A program made the position numbers and the translations under genes. Below are positions 38,601 through 52,869 of a stretch of DNA of 64,000 nucleotides, one piece after another (the stretch's first letter is position 1; every line of letters begins with the position of its first letter). The notes below the pieces were generated by a model. The model made no database searches. It was given only the letters and a program-made list of their open reading frames with translations, and had not been told where the DNA came from. Source of the stretch: Eledone cirrhosa (lineage: Eukaryota); assembly GCA_964016885.1 (NCBI GenBank), contig OZ024742.1:52514001-52578000 (forward strand). Reading direction: 5' to 3'.

Positions 38601-41391
38601 TTAAGCGGGCGTTAACGGGGTCCATCGTCAACAACAAGTGGTGGTTTGCTCTTAAAAGACCGATTAGAATAGAGTCCATTAGGTTTAGTAAGGCTTTAGC
38701 TATAGCGGAAAATAGAGCAGAGGGAGAACTAGTTAGAGAATGAGACCAGGCGCTTAGCAAAGGCATCGCGACCGACGTACTTGCGGCGAAATTGGCCCTT
38801 GACCAATTCTTCAATGCAAAGCACGAAGGCTGCGTTGTCAGAACTAGGGTGCGTGCTCTCAGACACGAGGGGACGAAAGCCGTTCAATGGGCCCGAGTGG
38901 CGGAGGCGTGTCGTGGCAACAAAGCCACGATCCGGTCTTTGGTGGACCACGACGGGCGCATGCTACTAGATCCCGGGCAAATGTGTGAAGCTTTTCAGCG
39001 ACACTTCGCACAGCTGTTCGGGGGCAGCGGCGAGCCGGTTCGTGGGATGGACTTTAGTGTCTACTTCGACGGACTGCTGCGGCTCTCGGCCACTGAGGTG
39101 GAGTGTTGCGAAAAGCCGATAGCAGCCGCTGAAGTACGGGATGCAATGACTGGCTGCACAAGGGGTAAATCACCTGGTTTGGATGGTCTGCTCTATGAAC
39201 TTTACGTACAGATGCCAGACTTGTTCGGATGCCGCTTGACGGACGTCTCCTGCAACTGGAAACAGAACGGCAGAATTGCCAGCTCTGTGAGCCGAGGAGC
39301 GCTGGTGAGAAAGGAACAGAACACGGGGCATAACATAGATAATTTCAGGCCCATAACTCTGCTAAATACAAAGTTCAATATTTTGGCCAAGGTGCTAGCA
39401 AAGAGGTTGGCGCTTGTCGTTGGTAGTCTGGTGAGAGAGGCGCAGACATGCGCCATTCCCGACAGATCCATCAACAATTTAGATCAATTGAAAGCTTTCG
39501 ATAGGGTCGACCATCGTTACCTGGCGGCAGTCCTGAGGGCGGCTGGCTTTGGGCCCATCTTCAGAGGCTGGATCGCTGCCATGCACAGCGACATCTGCTC
39601 TGTGGTGAGAGTGAACGGTCACCTTTCGGAACCGTTCAACATCATGCGCTCGGTCCGCCAAGGATGTCCCCACTCGTCCCTCTTGTACGTATTGACTCTC
39701 GAGCCATTACTGCACAAACTGGAGACGTTGAGGAGGGTCCCGCGCGAACTAGGATGCGGAGGATCCGTGTCAGCATATGTGAATGATGTCACCGTAGTGG
39801 TGTCGAACGCCAAACACATCGAGGCGATCGGCACTACACTAAGAGAATACGAAGCGGTAACAGGAGCAATGATCAACCAGGAAAAGTCAGTGGGCCTGAA
39901 GCTCGGCACCTGCAGAGGCAGGTGATTGCCGTCCAAATGTCGTCGGGCGCTGGACGGAGGGACCGATTAAATTGCTAGGGGTCTGGTTCGGTCCGTACCT
40001 CCAGATGGACAAAAACTGGGACGAGATGACGAGCAGGGTGGCTTCTCTCACCCAGAAATGGGCAGAGAGGAGGTTATCCCTGAAAGATCGAGCGGAGTTG
40101 GCTAACGCGTACATCGCGTCTGTCATCTGCTACCGCCTGACCGTCGTACCTTGCCCTAAGCCCCGCCTGACTGCGCTGGAGCGTTTGCTCTTTCGCTTTT
40201 TGTGGAAGGGATGCGCTCTGATTTTCAGGGGGTCCGTCTGATGTCAACACCCGCTACGTGGAGGGCTGGGCATGCCGTAGCTGATGATGCGCAGACACGC
40301 GCTCAGGCTACGACATCTCCACCTCTTCCTCGACGGTGATCAGGTGTGGTCGCCGTTTGCTAGACGCGTCTTTCCCCCAGCTCGTCTCCTTGACGGAGAT
40401 GCAGTCCTGGGTCAAGCGAAGACCGAGAGGGAGCGCTTGGAGACTGGAATGTCTTCAGGCGCTCACAGCCCTCGACCAATCGGGAAATGTCATCGATGGA
40501 GACTCCACCTTGGCGTTCTATAGAGTATTAGTGGAGGGGAAGAGCGACAACGTACTTGTGGAAACTCTAGGCGTCGACGAAAATCAACTAGCCAATCTCT
40601 TCGGAAGAACTTTCGGGTCGGTGCCTATGGACAACTTCCAGTGCTTATGGACAACTGGCAGTGCTACCGAGGAGCTTTGCCAGTTCGGAATAAACTCTAC
40701 AGGCGTGGAGGTGACGTCAGCCGGGCATGTCCGAGATGCGCGCAGGACGATGAAACTGTCCTGCACGCACTCGTCCAGTGTCCGACCATTGCTGACTTGT
40801 GTGTTTATGTCGAACACCTGCTGTCGCGTGTAGGACGGATCCAGCTATCAGCTGATACCATCGTGAGGATGGCCCCGCCCTCTTCCTTTAGCCGGGAAGG
40901 GAGGCAGTTTTTATCTGTCTGGTGGCCATGGCAAAAGAGATAGTATGGTGGAGACGTTTGAAAGGGCTGAAGACGAGCACTTACCTCTTCAGTGATGCCC
41001 TGATTAACTTTTTCAAATTTCATTTGAAAATGAAAATCAGGGTAGAGAGGGAAGGGTTCTCTTCCCAGCATTTTGTTGAAAGATGGTTGAGAGAGGCAAG
41101 AATGGCCCGAGTGAATGGGCCTACTCTGAATGTGTCTGTAAATTATAGGTGGAAAACTGGGAGAGGGCACTTGCCCTTGTGGTCAGGGTCACTGTGGCTT
41201 TTTAAAGGGCTTTCTCCACGACTGTCACTTGGAAGTCTCCCCCGTATTGGGGAATTTTTCATTGTTATTTTTTGTTACATATTCTGTTTTTGTTTTTTAC
41301 AGGCAGAAATGCCTATTTGTAACCTCCTGTATTGTCCTGTACTGTCCTTAATGTCTACTTTATGTAAACCCTTATGGTTAATAAAGAAATC
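35601..41391 (+). mobile_element. Tx1 family 2, full-length degenerate (ORF1 ~35815-37777, ORF2 37812-~41140)
   Basis: CVVCGEGTHLMTFC knuckle, APE (SINARGL, YLDRV, TDH), RT, zf-RVT, with many stops and frameshifts. 3' end AATAAAGAAATCA. Confidence 0.93.
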
Positions 41392-41401
41392 ATTACTATT
41401 A

Positions 41402-43658
41402 TTCTTTGAGTTTCAGTCATTGATGTTAGTTAACTGGAAAGTTTGTTGAAATGAATATCAAGCCAGTACTTGCAGCCTCAGATATTCAGGACGTATCGGA
41501 GGGTTCTTGCTGTTCACAGCAAGCATGATTTTGAAGTGTTCCAAAAAGTGGGGCGGGGCCAATTTTCTTTAACCATCCCTGGAAACTTTTGAGATAGTAC
41601 TTAGTGCGCTTATGACTTCATGGCAGTTCCAAATCCTTTTACATCCCACTTTAAGTCCTGGTATCGGTAAATTTTCTCCTTCTCTTGCTCTCTCGTGTCG
41701 AATGGGCAGGCCACATCCACAATCAGACATGATCTTTTTTCCTTGTCCAAAACCACCAGGTCAGGTCTATTGTGTTCCAGTTTCTTGTCCGTCTGTATCT
41801 TAATATCCCATAGCACCTTCACCTGATCGTTTTCTGTCACCGACTCTGGCTTATGCTCATACCACTTCTCAGAATGCATAAGTGCCAGTGGTCACCCTCC
41901 CCATCACATCATGTCTTCAGCCTTTATAGTGAGCCTGGCCTAGGTGTTTACACTCGGATACAATGTGAGCCACAGTCTCCTCTCTCTCTCCACAGATCCT
42001 GCACAGTGGGCTAGCCTCCTCCTTGTAAATATGGTGTTTCAGCCACTTCGTTTAGACGGCCTGCTCTTGCGCAGCCATTAGCATTCCTTCTGTAGCCTTT
42101 TTAAGGTCTCCACTTCAGTTCCATGTCTGTGGATCTCTGAATTCCGTTTTCTCAAAGAAGGTACTATGAAGGGATTTTTCATGAAGGTTGCACTTTCTCC
42201 TTGTTATTTCCTCCTTGGACATCCCCTGGTCTATTGTCCTCTCCTTTCTCTAAGTTTAGGATATCAACCAAATCTTGTCCTAGCCCGTCAGGATCCATCT
42301 CCTCAATGGCCGTATCTTTGTTCCAGGTATTATTTATTTCAGCATTCAGATCAACCTCTTCACCTCATTTCCCACTGGCTCGTTTGCCTGGCATACTCCA
42401 CTCTCCATTTCCAAGCTAATCTCTCTGTCAGCTCCTCCAGATCCATCTCGCTTATCCACCCATCTACCCGCTTATCTACCCGAGCCTGCCGGGCCAATTT
42501 CTGTTCATCTAATTTAAATATACCAATCTCGTTCCAGATGTTATGCATCCGTTTCCTATAGCCTTTTTCCTTGGGGTTACTCTTCAGGTAACATTGCATA
42601 ACAGTTCTATTCAATTCTTTCATCCAGTTGGTTCTGGTCCCTTTCCTTCTTCTTCCTCCGACACCAGCAGTATATGGTTGACAGCCAGGTCCCTGCTGCT
42701 GAGCCAGGAGCATCTGCTGGGTGAGAGTCTGTCACATGACATTCAAGTCTCCACTTCACCGTTATTCGAACTGTTTAGGTTCGACATTGAAACACTCTTA
42801 TCAAGAATTGGTGAATGTATGATTACATAACCACCGGTGATTTTAGCGTGGCACTATCACGCTGTAGACGAACATAAATAAACAAACAAACAAATAGGTA
42901 AAAAAAAAACAAAAATAAGCATAAGTTTCATTGTAATGTAATGTTTGAATGTCTGACTTAGTTTTTTTGCTTGTCTGTCTGTCTGTTTGTTTTTCTTTTC
43001 TTTTTTCTTTTCTTTATGTTTTTTCGTTGCTGCTGTGCTGTTTTGATTTTGATTTTTGATTTTTTGATTTTTTGACCGGGTCATCAAATCAGTCTATTTA
43101 TATTCCTTGATACCTTCCTCATTTAGTGGGATTACTATGATGCCTGTCTTAGTGGGAGAGAATGGCGGCGGTAGTGATAATGAGGCAGTGGTGATGGTGG
43201 TGATGTTTTACTAGTACTTAGCAGGAGGTAGTGGGTGAGAATAGCGGCAGTAGCGATAATGAGGCAGTGGTGGTGGTGATGTGATCGTAGTACTGTAGTG
43301 ATGGTGTTGAAGTTGAAGTAGAAATAAAAGCTGAGGTAACTTGACTGGAGTTTTTGGCGTGGTGGTAGTGGTGATGGTGGCGGTGGTGGTGTTGGTGGGG
43401 AAATGATTTGCCTGTCTGTCCACTTAGCCATTTTTCTCTGTTTCGACTATAACATTTCTGATCCAAAATTAAATATTAAATATTGGGGCCATATGCCGTA
43501 ATGTGATGCGTTGTCGCCTGCTGAGGGTCAAAACTGTAATCTTATATTTCATTTGTAATAAGAATTATTCTATCACAGTTGTTTTAAATAAGTAAAAATC
43601 AAAAACTTACGGGAGCGATTCCATAACGATATATATCCACCATGTGCGTTTTCTTCCC
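41402..43658 (-). mobile_element. Dong family A with both ends but most of RT deleted
   Basis: 5' head at 43658, N-terminal ORF piece, junction near 42250, RLE and 3' UTR. Confidence 0.9.
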
Positions 43659-43680
43659 TATAATAATAATTATTATTATT

Positions 43681-43860
43681 GTGGATTGGCAGTATCGGTA
43701 GAGGGTCGGACGCCATGCTTTCCAGCATAGTTTCGTCCCTTTACGATCTGAGTTCAAATCCCGCCGAGGTTGACTTTGCCTTTCATCCTTACGGGGTCGA
43801 TAAAATAAAGTACCAGTAATGCACTGGGTAATTGCGGGCCTTGGGCCTGAAGTAGAAACA
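43681..43860 (+). mobile_element. tRNA-derived SINE copy with (TTA)n tail
   Basis: A box TGGCAGTATCGG, B box GAGTTCAAATCC. Confidence 0.9.
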
Positions 43861-43879
43861 ATTATTATTATTATTATTA

Positions 43880-46487
43880 GAGGCGCAGCGTTGTAATAAA
43901 ACCACAATTCGGTCTTTGGCGGAACGAGACGGACACGAGATAAGCGATTCCAAGTGGATGTGTGAGGCCTTTCGCCAGCACTTTGCTCGGTTGTTCGGGG
44001 AGAGTGGCGAGTCAGAGAGAGTATCGGATTTCAGTCCCTACCTTGACGGCCTGCCGCGCATCTCGACGGTCGACGCTGAGCGCTGCGAAAGGCCGATTAC
44101 TTCAGCCGAAATTCAGGACGCCCTTGTCGGCTGCATGAGGCGCAAGTCACCCGGTTTGGATGGCCTGCCCTACGAGATATACGTAAATATGCCAGACTTG
44201 TTCTCCGATCTCCTCGAAGCACTCGACTGCAACTGGCAGCAGAATGGGAGTATTCCCAGTTCTGTGAGCAGGGGAGTGGTGACGCTGATAAGGAAAGACG
44301 AGAACAAGAGGGATACATTAGACAACTTCAGGCCCATAACTCTACTCAAGACAGAGTTTAAGATTTTGGCCGAGGTGTTAGCAAAGAGATTGGCGCTTGT
44401 CGTCGAGGATTTGGTTGGGGAGACGCAAACTTGCGCAATCCCAGCCAGGTCCATACACGACAATCTCCACCTCATGCGATACATCATAGAGAGGGTAGGG
44501 TGTAAACCTGGCTTCGGTGGGGCACTGATCAATTTAGATCAATCGAAAGCATCCGATAGGGTCGACCATCGGTATCTGAAGTTTGTCCTCAAAGCAGCTG
44601 GCTGTGGCCCTTTCTTTAGAAGCTGGATCGCTGCAATGCACAGCGGCACACGCTCGGTGGTCAAGGTTAATGGCCACCTCTCGGAACCATTTCGGCTCTC
44701 CCGATCGGTCCGTCAAGGGTGCCCTCTCTCTTCCCTTCTGTACGTATTGACTCTCGAGCCTTTACTGCGGAAGCTGGAGCTGTTGCAGGGCATCCCGCTC
44801 GAACCGGGACGTGGAAAGGCGGTGTCGGCTTATGCGGACGACATCACCGTGATGGTGTCGAACACCTCAGAAATCGAGGTGGTCGGCACCTTATTTAAGG
44901 AATATGAAAGGTTGACAGGAGCCAAACTTAACCCGGAAAAGTCGGTGGGCTTGCAGCTCGGAACCTGGAGAGGCAAGCCCATGCCGTCCAACAGCGTTGC
45001 GGGGCGCTGGACGGTCGGACCAGTAAAGTTGCTCGGGGTTTGGTTCGGACCAGACCTCCAGGTGGAAAAGAATTAGGACGAGGTAACGAGCAGAGTCGCC
45101 AGTCTCACCCAAAAATGGGCTGGGAGGAAGCTATCACTGAAAGGTCGCGCGGAGGTGGCGAATGCGTACATCGCGTCCGTCATCTACTAACGCCTGACCG
45201 TCGTGCCTTTCCCCCGTCCGCGCCTCGTCAAGTTGGAACGCCTCCTCTTCAAATTCTTGCGGAGGGGATAAGTTCCATTGGTGAGGCGGTCCATCTGCTG
45301 ACAGCACCCTCTACGCGGAGGGCTGGGCATGCCGTGGCTAATCATGCGCAACATGCGTTGAGGCTGCGACATCTCCAGATATTCTGCCTCAACGGTGAAC
45401 AGGTGTGGTCGCCGTTTATCAGACGGGCCTTTCCGCAGCTCATTTCTTTGACTGAGCTGCAGTCCTGTGTCAAGAAGAGACCGAGACTGGGTGACTGGCA
45501 CCTTGAATGTTGCCAGGCACTCACTGCTCTCTACCAAGCGGGCAATGCGATCAGTGGAACTTCCACTCTCGAGTTCTATAGAGGATTAGTGGTGGGCAAG
45601 TGCGATGACGCACTCGGCGAAGCTTTGGGCCTCGACGAAGTCGAACTGACCAGTCTGTACCGGAGGACTTTCGAGCCGGGGACGATGGACAATTTCCAGA
45701 AATCCCTCGCTTGGCAGTGCTACCGGGGGGCACTGGCGGTTCGGGATAAACTCTACAGGCACGGAAGTGCTGTCAGACGGACCTGCCCAAGATGCGCACA
45801 GAACGACGAAACCCTTCTGCACGCACTTGTCCAATGTCCGTGCATTACTGACTTGTGGAGTTATGTCGAACAGCTACTGTTGCGTGTGTAACGAATCCGG
45901 CTATCGGCCGAGTCCATAGTGAAGATCGATCCACCGCCTTCTCTAGGTCAGGAAGAGCAGGAAATGTTCCTCTGTCTGGTGGCAGTTGCGAAAGAGGCTA
46001 TATGGTGGACCAGGTTAAAAGGACTGAAGACAGACATTTTTCTCTTCGGCCAATCCCTCATCAACTTCTTCAAGTTTCACCTGGAAGGGAAGGTGGGGGT
46101 GGAGAGAGAAGTGCTGCCCCCCCCCCCCCCCAGTACATTTGCTAAAAGGTGGGTGAATGTGGCGAGAATGGCCCATGTGAATGGGCCTACTCTGACCATG
46201 CGCCTATAAGCTAGCTAACTTGAGGAGAGGGGTGCTCTCCCTGGGTGCCCTAGAAGCGCAGGGTGGTTCAGGATTGGTGGAGTACCCGAGTCACCCCAGA
46301 GTCGTCCACCCCCTATCGGGGAATTTATTTTGTTATATTTATGCATAGTTTTTTTTATATTTTTATATTTTCATTGTTAAATTAGTCTTGCCATTGTGCA
46401 CTTTTACTCGACCTTATTGTAAACCCCCACTGTCCCTGTCTTTGTATTGTCGCCTACATGTCGGCCCTTGTGGCTAATAAATGAAAC
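43880..46487 (+). mobile_element. Tx1 family 3, 5'-truncated
   Basis: KSPGLDG, FRPI, QGCPLS, AYADD, zf-RVT, stops downstream. CCCTTGTGGCTAATAAATGAAAC(TAT)n end. Confidence 0.93.
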
Positions 46488-46524
<37 letters not shown>

Positions 46525-46619
46525 GCTGTTGTTATTTTTGTTGCTATTGTTGTTATTTACCCAGAAAAATTATTATTGCTGTTGTTATTTTTGTTGCTAT
46601 TGTTGTTATTTACCCAGAA

Positions 46620-47145
46620 AAATTCCCATAATGAACATCAAGCGATCACTCGCAGCCTCAAGTATTAGGACATAGGCAGGCTTTTTGAAGTGTTCCAAAA
46701 AGGTTGGCTGGGCTGATGATCTTTGACCTGCCTTAGAAACTCTTTGAGACAGTATCTAGTGTCCCTATGAAGATGAGGAAGACTTTTCCAGTTCCAACGT
46801 TAGATCCCGGAACTAGGTAATTTTTCCCTCTTCGTATTTTGCAGTCTTATGTCAATGGGGCAAGCTACATCTATAATCAAGTATAATCTTTTTTCCTTGT
46901 CAAGAACGACCTAGTCAGGCCTATTGTATTCTAATTCCTTATCTGTTTGTGCCCTGGCATCCCATAACACCTCCACCCTATCATTTTTATCACCAACTCT
47001 GGCTTATGCTAATATCACTTTTCAGTGTGGGGTAAATCATTCAGTTTGTATAAATGCCTGTAGTATCATGCCTCCATCCTTTATAATGTGTCTGTGCAAT
47101 GTGTTTACACTTGGATACGATATGAGACACAATTTCTCCGACCCC

Positions 47146-47189
<44 letters not shown>

Positions 47190-47210
47190 CAATCTCTCAG
47201 TGTATATATT

Positions 47211-47241
<31 letters not shown>

Positions 47242-47305
47242 CTATCAATCAATCTCTCTATATATATATATATTTCTCTCGCTTTCTCTCTTTCTCTCTC
47301 TCTCT

Positions 47306-47384
<79 letters not shown>

Positions 47385-48050
47385 CAGAGCAAACAGAGCG
47401 GGCTAATTTCTTCCTTGTCAGCATGTTGTTTCATCCTCTTCGTTCTAAGGGCTTGCTCTGTTATAGTCTCCTGGGAGCAAATAGTTTTTTTCTTCGGGTG
47501 TTTGGCTAGATCCGTGATACTATTACAGTTAAAGTTTTATATTTAGTAGAATGGCAGGTTATGGGCCTGTAGTTCTGGTGATTTGTTGTACCATTATTCT
47601 TGAGGATCAGGATAGTTTTCCTCTTAGTGAGCCAATGGGGTGTGTGTTCTTGGCTCTGTCAGCATCTCATTTTTTTTTAAAGTACACCATGTGTCTCTGT
47701 TATATATTTCAACCAAAAGTTTTGGAACTTGTCATATCATGGTGCCTTCCAGTTGCTTGTATTTTTCAGTGTGCTAAACACATCATCTGCTATAATATCA
47801 TCCCTCAGTTGTTCAGGTCCTGTTGCTAGTTCTGTGCATATATTTTCCCTTCTACCTTTACCCATAATCTTCTTCAGAATTCGTCCATTTCTTTTAATTT
47901 CAGAACATTTACTATTTTCTTTCAAATAAGTTCTTGGTAGAGTCGTTATGGCTTGGAATAAAATAGCTGGTTTTTGTGAGAAAAACCTTTTGGCAGTTTT
48001 CATATCTTTGGATTCTTTGTAACTTTGCAAGTAATTGGTGTTTTAGGCAT
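46620..48050 (-). mobile_element. Old degenerate Dong-like copy interrupted by (TC)n/(TA)n
   Basis: Homology to the family A RLE and 3' end (46620-47140) and NWKAP RT N-region (~47740). Confidence 0.7.
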
Positions 48051-48289
48051 TCTTTGGTCTCCGGGATTTCCTTTTCTGATATATTATATTTCTTTAGTGG
48101 TTTCTTTTTTCTTTACTACTTCTAGTTTGGTTGTTTTCTTTCCTATTTCATTAAAGATTGAGAGTTTTTTTTTTCTCTCGTGTTCTATCTTCTTTTTTTT
48201 TTTGTATCTTGTTTTGTTATTCTTATTTGTACTTTTTCTAAGGGAGTAGCCACTTTCCTTTGTAACGACAGTGGCTACACCATATTATA

Positions 48290-48900
48290 TATATACACCA
48301 TATATTATATTCGTGTTTATTAAGTATATGATTGCTATATTAATATTTATATAATTGTTGCTATTTTACAATTATGTTTATAGTTAGGCAGTGTATTCTT
48401 TGGTCCATGTGTAGATCTTGCATTATATTTTGCTTTATCTTAATGTGTTGCTTTTGTTGTGCGTGGTTCCAGTGTTAAAAGAAAACATTTATATGATAGG
48501 GACAATCCATACATAAGATATATTTTCCGTAGGGTCAGTTGGTTCTTGTCTAATATATTCTTCGTTCTCTGGCTATATTTACTATTGTTTTGTCGATGAT
48601 GTTCGATTTATTTCAAATCTTTTAGAGGGCTTCGTCATAGGCGCCCATACTGTAATTCAGCCCAGAGCTGTGTGGTTGGTGTGTGCAGTGTTGTCTTAGG
48701 TATTGTTTAAATATATAGAGAGAGATAGGGAAGAGAATGAAATACGTTGGTGGGGACAAATAGATAAATATGTATTTAAGTTTATATGTGTGTATATATG
48801 TATGTATTAGGATTGTATTTTGGACGACAATACCTTTCATATTCTTTCGTCTATCAAGATAGGATGATTTCTGTTCCTTTTAATATCTAATCTAAATAGA
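48290..48900 (-). mobile_element. Degenerate Penelope-like (Hydra-type) RT relic
   Basis: SMGAYDEA resembles TMGSSDSA of the intact ORF. Further scattered matches (MD..K, LSY, LNK). Confidence 0.45.
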
Positions 48901-49275
48901 GAATTATACATGATGGGTGTTTTTCACTGGACTACTACCAACCCGAGAGTACCATTGGGCCAAGCATTTCAATAGTTCATACCGTGGTCTATATCATCTA
49001 CGAGATCAATTTCTATTTTCCAAAACACCAAATTTTTTATAGTTTCTTTTTCTGGTATTTACCAGTCGAAAGTGTTATCTTAGCTTTACGCTGAAATATG
49101 GGACATTTTTTAAAATGTTTTCCAAAAAGCATTGAATCGGATTTCCAAATGTTATTCCGTATATATTGCTACTAATATCTATATTACTATATATTTATAT
49201 ATTATTTTTACCAAAACAAGTTTACAAATACACACACATACAGACACACACGTACAGACACCCGTACACACGCGT

Positions 49276-49332
<57 letters not shown>

Positions 49333-49669
49333 GAGAGAGAGAGAGAGAGAGAGGGGGGAATATATATACGTATATACGTATATACGTATATATACATATA
49401 TATATATATACATATATATATATGTGCATATACATATGTGTGTGTGTGTGTATAGATATATACATATATATATGCATATATATAAATATATTTATATATA
49501 TATATATATGCATATATATAAATATATTTATAGACATATATATATAAGCATGTGTGTGCTAAAAATATTTGTAAGAAACATATTATCTTGAAACATGTTT
49601 CCCCTACTATCCATCTGAACATTTATATTTTCTTATATTTTTATGAAAGAACCTCGCTGTGTGTATTAA

Positions 49670-49775
49670 TTCTGAAATATATAGACTGAGCCAACCTCCC
49701 TTAGGATACCAAGAATCTACGTTGGATCCATATGCAATATATTATTACTCATGGAAAACCACCATGGAACTTGTT
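49670..49775 (+). mobile_element. Possible GIY-YIG relic
   Basis: EIYRL...(frameshift) IYVGSICN, compared with VIYSC..TYVGSTSN in the intact PLE. Confidence 0.35.
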
Positions 49776-50360
49776 TTAGCTTGTTTTCTAAATATGTGCA
49801 ATTCTTGCTGCTGTTGTTTTCTTTATATTTTTCTTGGTCATTGTGTGTGAGATGTTTATGAGTGTGCAAATACTTCTCACTGTGTTTGTACGAGTTTATT
49901 TTTTGTGCTTGAATATATGAATGTGTGTAAGTAAGTTTGTTTTCCGAACACGTGTTAGCGAATATGTCTGTGATTTTTTGTATTTGGAAAGATTTATGTT
50001 TATGTAGCAACTGGAAGGTTTAGTTTTCCAGGAAATGTTTCGTTACTTATTTTACTTATTTTTTCTTGAATACACACACAGTCTGTGTATACTTGTTTTC
50101 AAAGTTATTCTGCATGGCCGAATGTTTAAGAAGTTCGATCTGCAATTATGGGTTGCCAGATTAAATCACTTACCACTGTAACGTAGGGGTATGTGTTCTG
50201 CAACAGCGTCAGTGCGGCCGAAATATTCTTAGATAGTTGATGGATATGGTGATGAGCGCAGTGACGTTTAATCATACATACATGCAAACATGTAAATATA
50301 CAAAAGTATTAATTCCAAGTTAAATAATATATAATATATATACATATGTATATATATATA

Positions 50361-52450
50361 TGGTGGCTGCCAACTCGTTTCCGAGTACGGCCACTACTTT
50401 ATATCCATGTAGGAGAACCCCTACCGATGCGCTGAAGGAGTGTGGCTTTTTAGTCCAGCCAGCGACTTGAAAACTCTGGTACCAACACGACACTTGTGAC
50501 AATTATTGACACCTAGTGCTGGGCCCATGGCACCATGTGACCCGAGGTGTCGTGTGAGATCACTACTCGATCTGCATACCCTTCAACAAACATCACATGT
50601 CGTCGTCTGATGAACACTTATAGCCCCACAGGTGCCTGCTTCCCTATTCTTGTGCACTCTCAGGTGACTCTTTAGACTTGCCATGCTCAGACAAACCCTA
50701 TTACAGGTCTCACATGTCAGGTCAGGCCGTCTGTCAGTGCCTTCGGGAAGGCCAACATGGATTCCTTTCCGGACATCTCTTTTTAGTGTCGCGTGCCTTC
50801 TTCTTGTTTCCTCAAATAGACTCTTGCCACCAGCCACTGCTTTCCTCCACTGCGATCGGTCGCTAGCGCATGCTTCCCAGTGCTCACAAGGGATGTTACT
50901 TTTCTTGAGCGCCTCCTTGATGCAGTCCTTAAATCGCATCTTGGGTTTGCTCGCGTTCCTTTTTCCCATTTGGAGCTCGCCATAAAGCAGCTGCTTCGGC
51001 ATTCCCTTGTCATTCATCCTTACAAGATGGCCTGTCCAGCGCAGCTGATGTTTCAAAATCAAAGACTCGACACTATCACAGCCACTTCTGTCCAGAACCT
51101 CGACGTCACTGGCAAACATTTGCCAAGTTATGCCGAGGATCCGACGTAAGCAGTACTGGTGGAACCTCTCAAGTCGCTTCATCTGTCTGCGGTAGACCAC
51201 CCACGTCTCACAAGCATAAAGAAGTGCCGCGAGCACACACTTTGAGCTTTGTCTTTACCGAAATTCCGTGTTGATACCAGAGACGCTTGTTCAGTTTTCC
51301 AAAAGCATCACTGGCTTTCTGTATCCTGTTTGAAATTTCCCCATCAAGATCGCAGGACATACTCAGAGTGCTTCCAAGAAAACTGCCAACGACCCTTAGC
51401 CCTTCACCATAAACCAAGATGTTGGGCTCGCAACATGGCTTCCCAGGGGCTGGTTGGTACATGGCTACTGTCTTTTTCAGGCTTATGGTAAGTCCCAATG
51501 CAGTACATGCATTAGAAAATGCATCCATGAGATGCTGCATATCAATCTCCGTGTGCGCTACCAGGTCAGAGTCATCTGCATAAAGCAAATCCCTGATTAG
51601 TGACAATTGAACCTTTGACTTAGCATTGAACGTCCTGATATTAAACAGCTTTCCGATAGCGAACATATATACCATGATTGCAGTTCCCGAAGACCTGTTC
51701 GAAGACAATGGAGAAGTACAAAGCAAAGAGCGTTGGAGCTGTAATGTCACCCTGTTTGACTCCATTCTCTACCGTCACCGACTCAGAGAGCTTTCTACCG
51801 ACATTTACCCATGCCTTCATGTCATCATGAAACAAACGCAAAATTAAAACAGACTTCTTAGGGCACCCCAGCTTCCTCAAGATATCCCATAAAGCCTTTC
51901 TGTTGACCGTGTCAAACGCCTTTGTCAGATCAACAAACACCTGGTAGAGATCCACATTCTGCTCAACAGACTTTTCCTGCAATTGTCTGGCTGTAGAGAT
52001 CATGTCCACAGTGCCACGCCCAGCCCGAAAACCCGATTGCAACTCTGGTAGAGCTTCATCAGCAATGTAGAGCAATAGACGGTCCAACAGAATTCTACAA
52101 AGAACTTTGCCGACAACAGACAACAGTGATATCCCACGATAGTTTCCGCAGTTATCCCTGTCGCCCTTTCCCTTGTATAAAACAGCATCCTTCCAGTCAT
52201 AGGGAACATGATTGTTGTTCCAGGCATCCAGAACCAAAGAATGAAGTCGGTGCAAGAGATTCTCACCACCGTGCTTCAAAATCTCAGAATACAGTCCATC
52301 CAATCCAGGCGACTTCCCACCATTGAATTTCCTGACAGCACGTTTAAGCTCCTCGATCGTTAGAGGCTCAGCAAGGATTTCCTTTACTGGCTTATCAGGT
52401 ATGGACCTGATAAACTCTTCGTCAAACAAGTTATTGTAAATAAGCCTTCT
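50361..52450 (-). mobile_element. RTE/BovB-like LINE, 5'-truncated and frameshifted, in (TA)n
   Basis: [59 protein letters not shown]-terminal C2H2 fingers. Confidence 0.93.
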
Positions 52451-52566
52451 GTATGTATATGTGTGTATATATGTGTATATATACACATATGTATGTATGT
52501 ATATATACACATATACATGTATATATGCATATATATATATACATGTATATATACATACATATATAA

Positions 52567-52666
<100 letters not shown>

Positions 52667-52869
52667 TCAAAAAGAAACACACACATAGAAACATATATAT
52701 ACTTGTGTGTGTGTGTGCCGTGTGTGTGTGTTTTTCGCGACCTAATCACGTGATCATTATCGACCTTTCAAATTATATGTCTACTCACATGATTGCACTT
52801 CAAACATATAGCAACCTGAGCCACTTTCTTCGCATAAAAACTGAAAGAAATTCGCAACAAAATTTAGAG

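Noticed and set aside
43681-43760. tRNA gene
   Set aside because: A and B boxes belong to a SINE head with shared core and tail; no cloverleaf.
50110-50280. Possible old SINE with A-box-like TGGCCGAATG
   Set aside because: Too degenerate to support.
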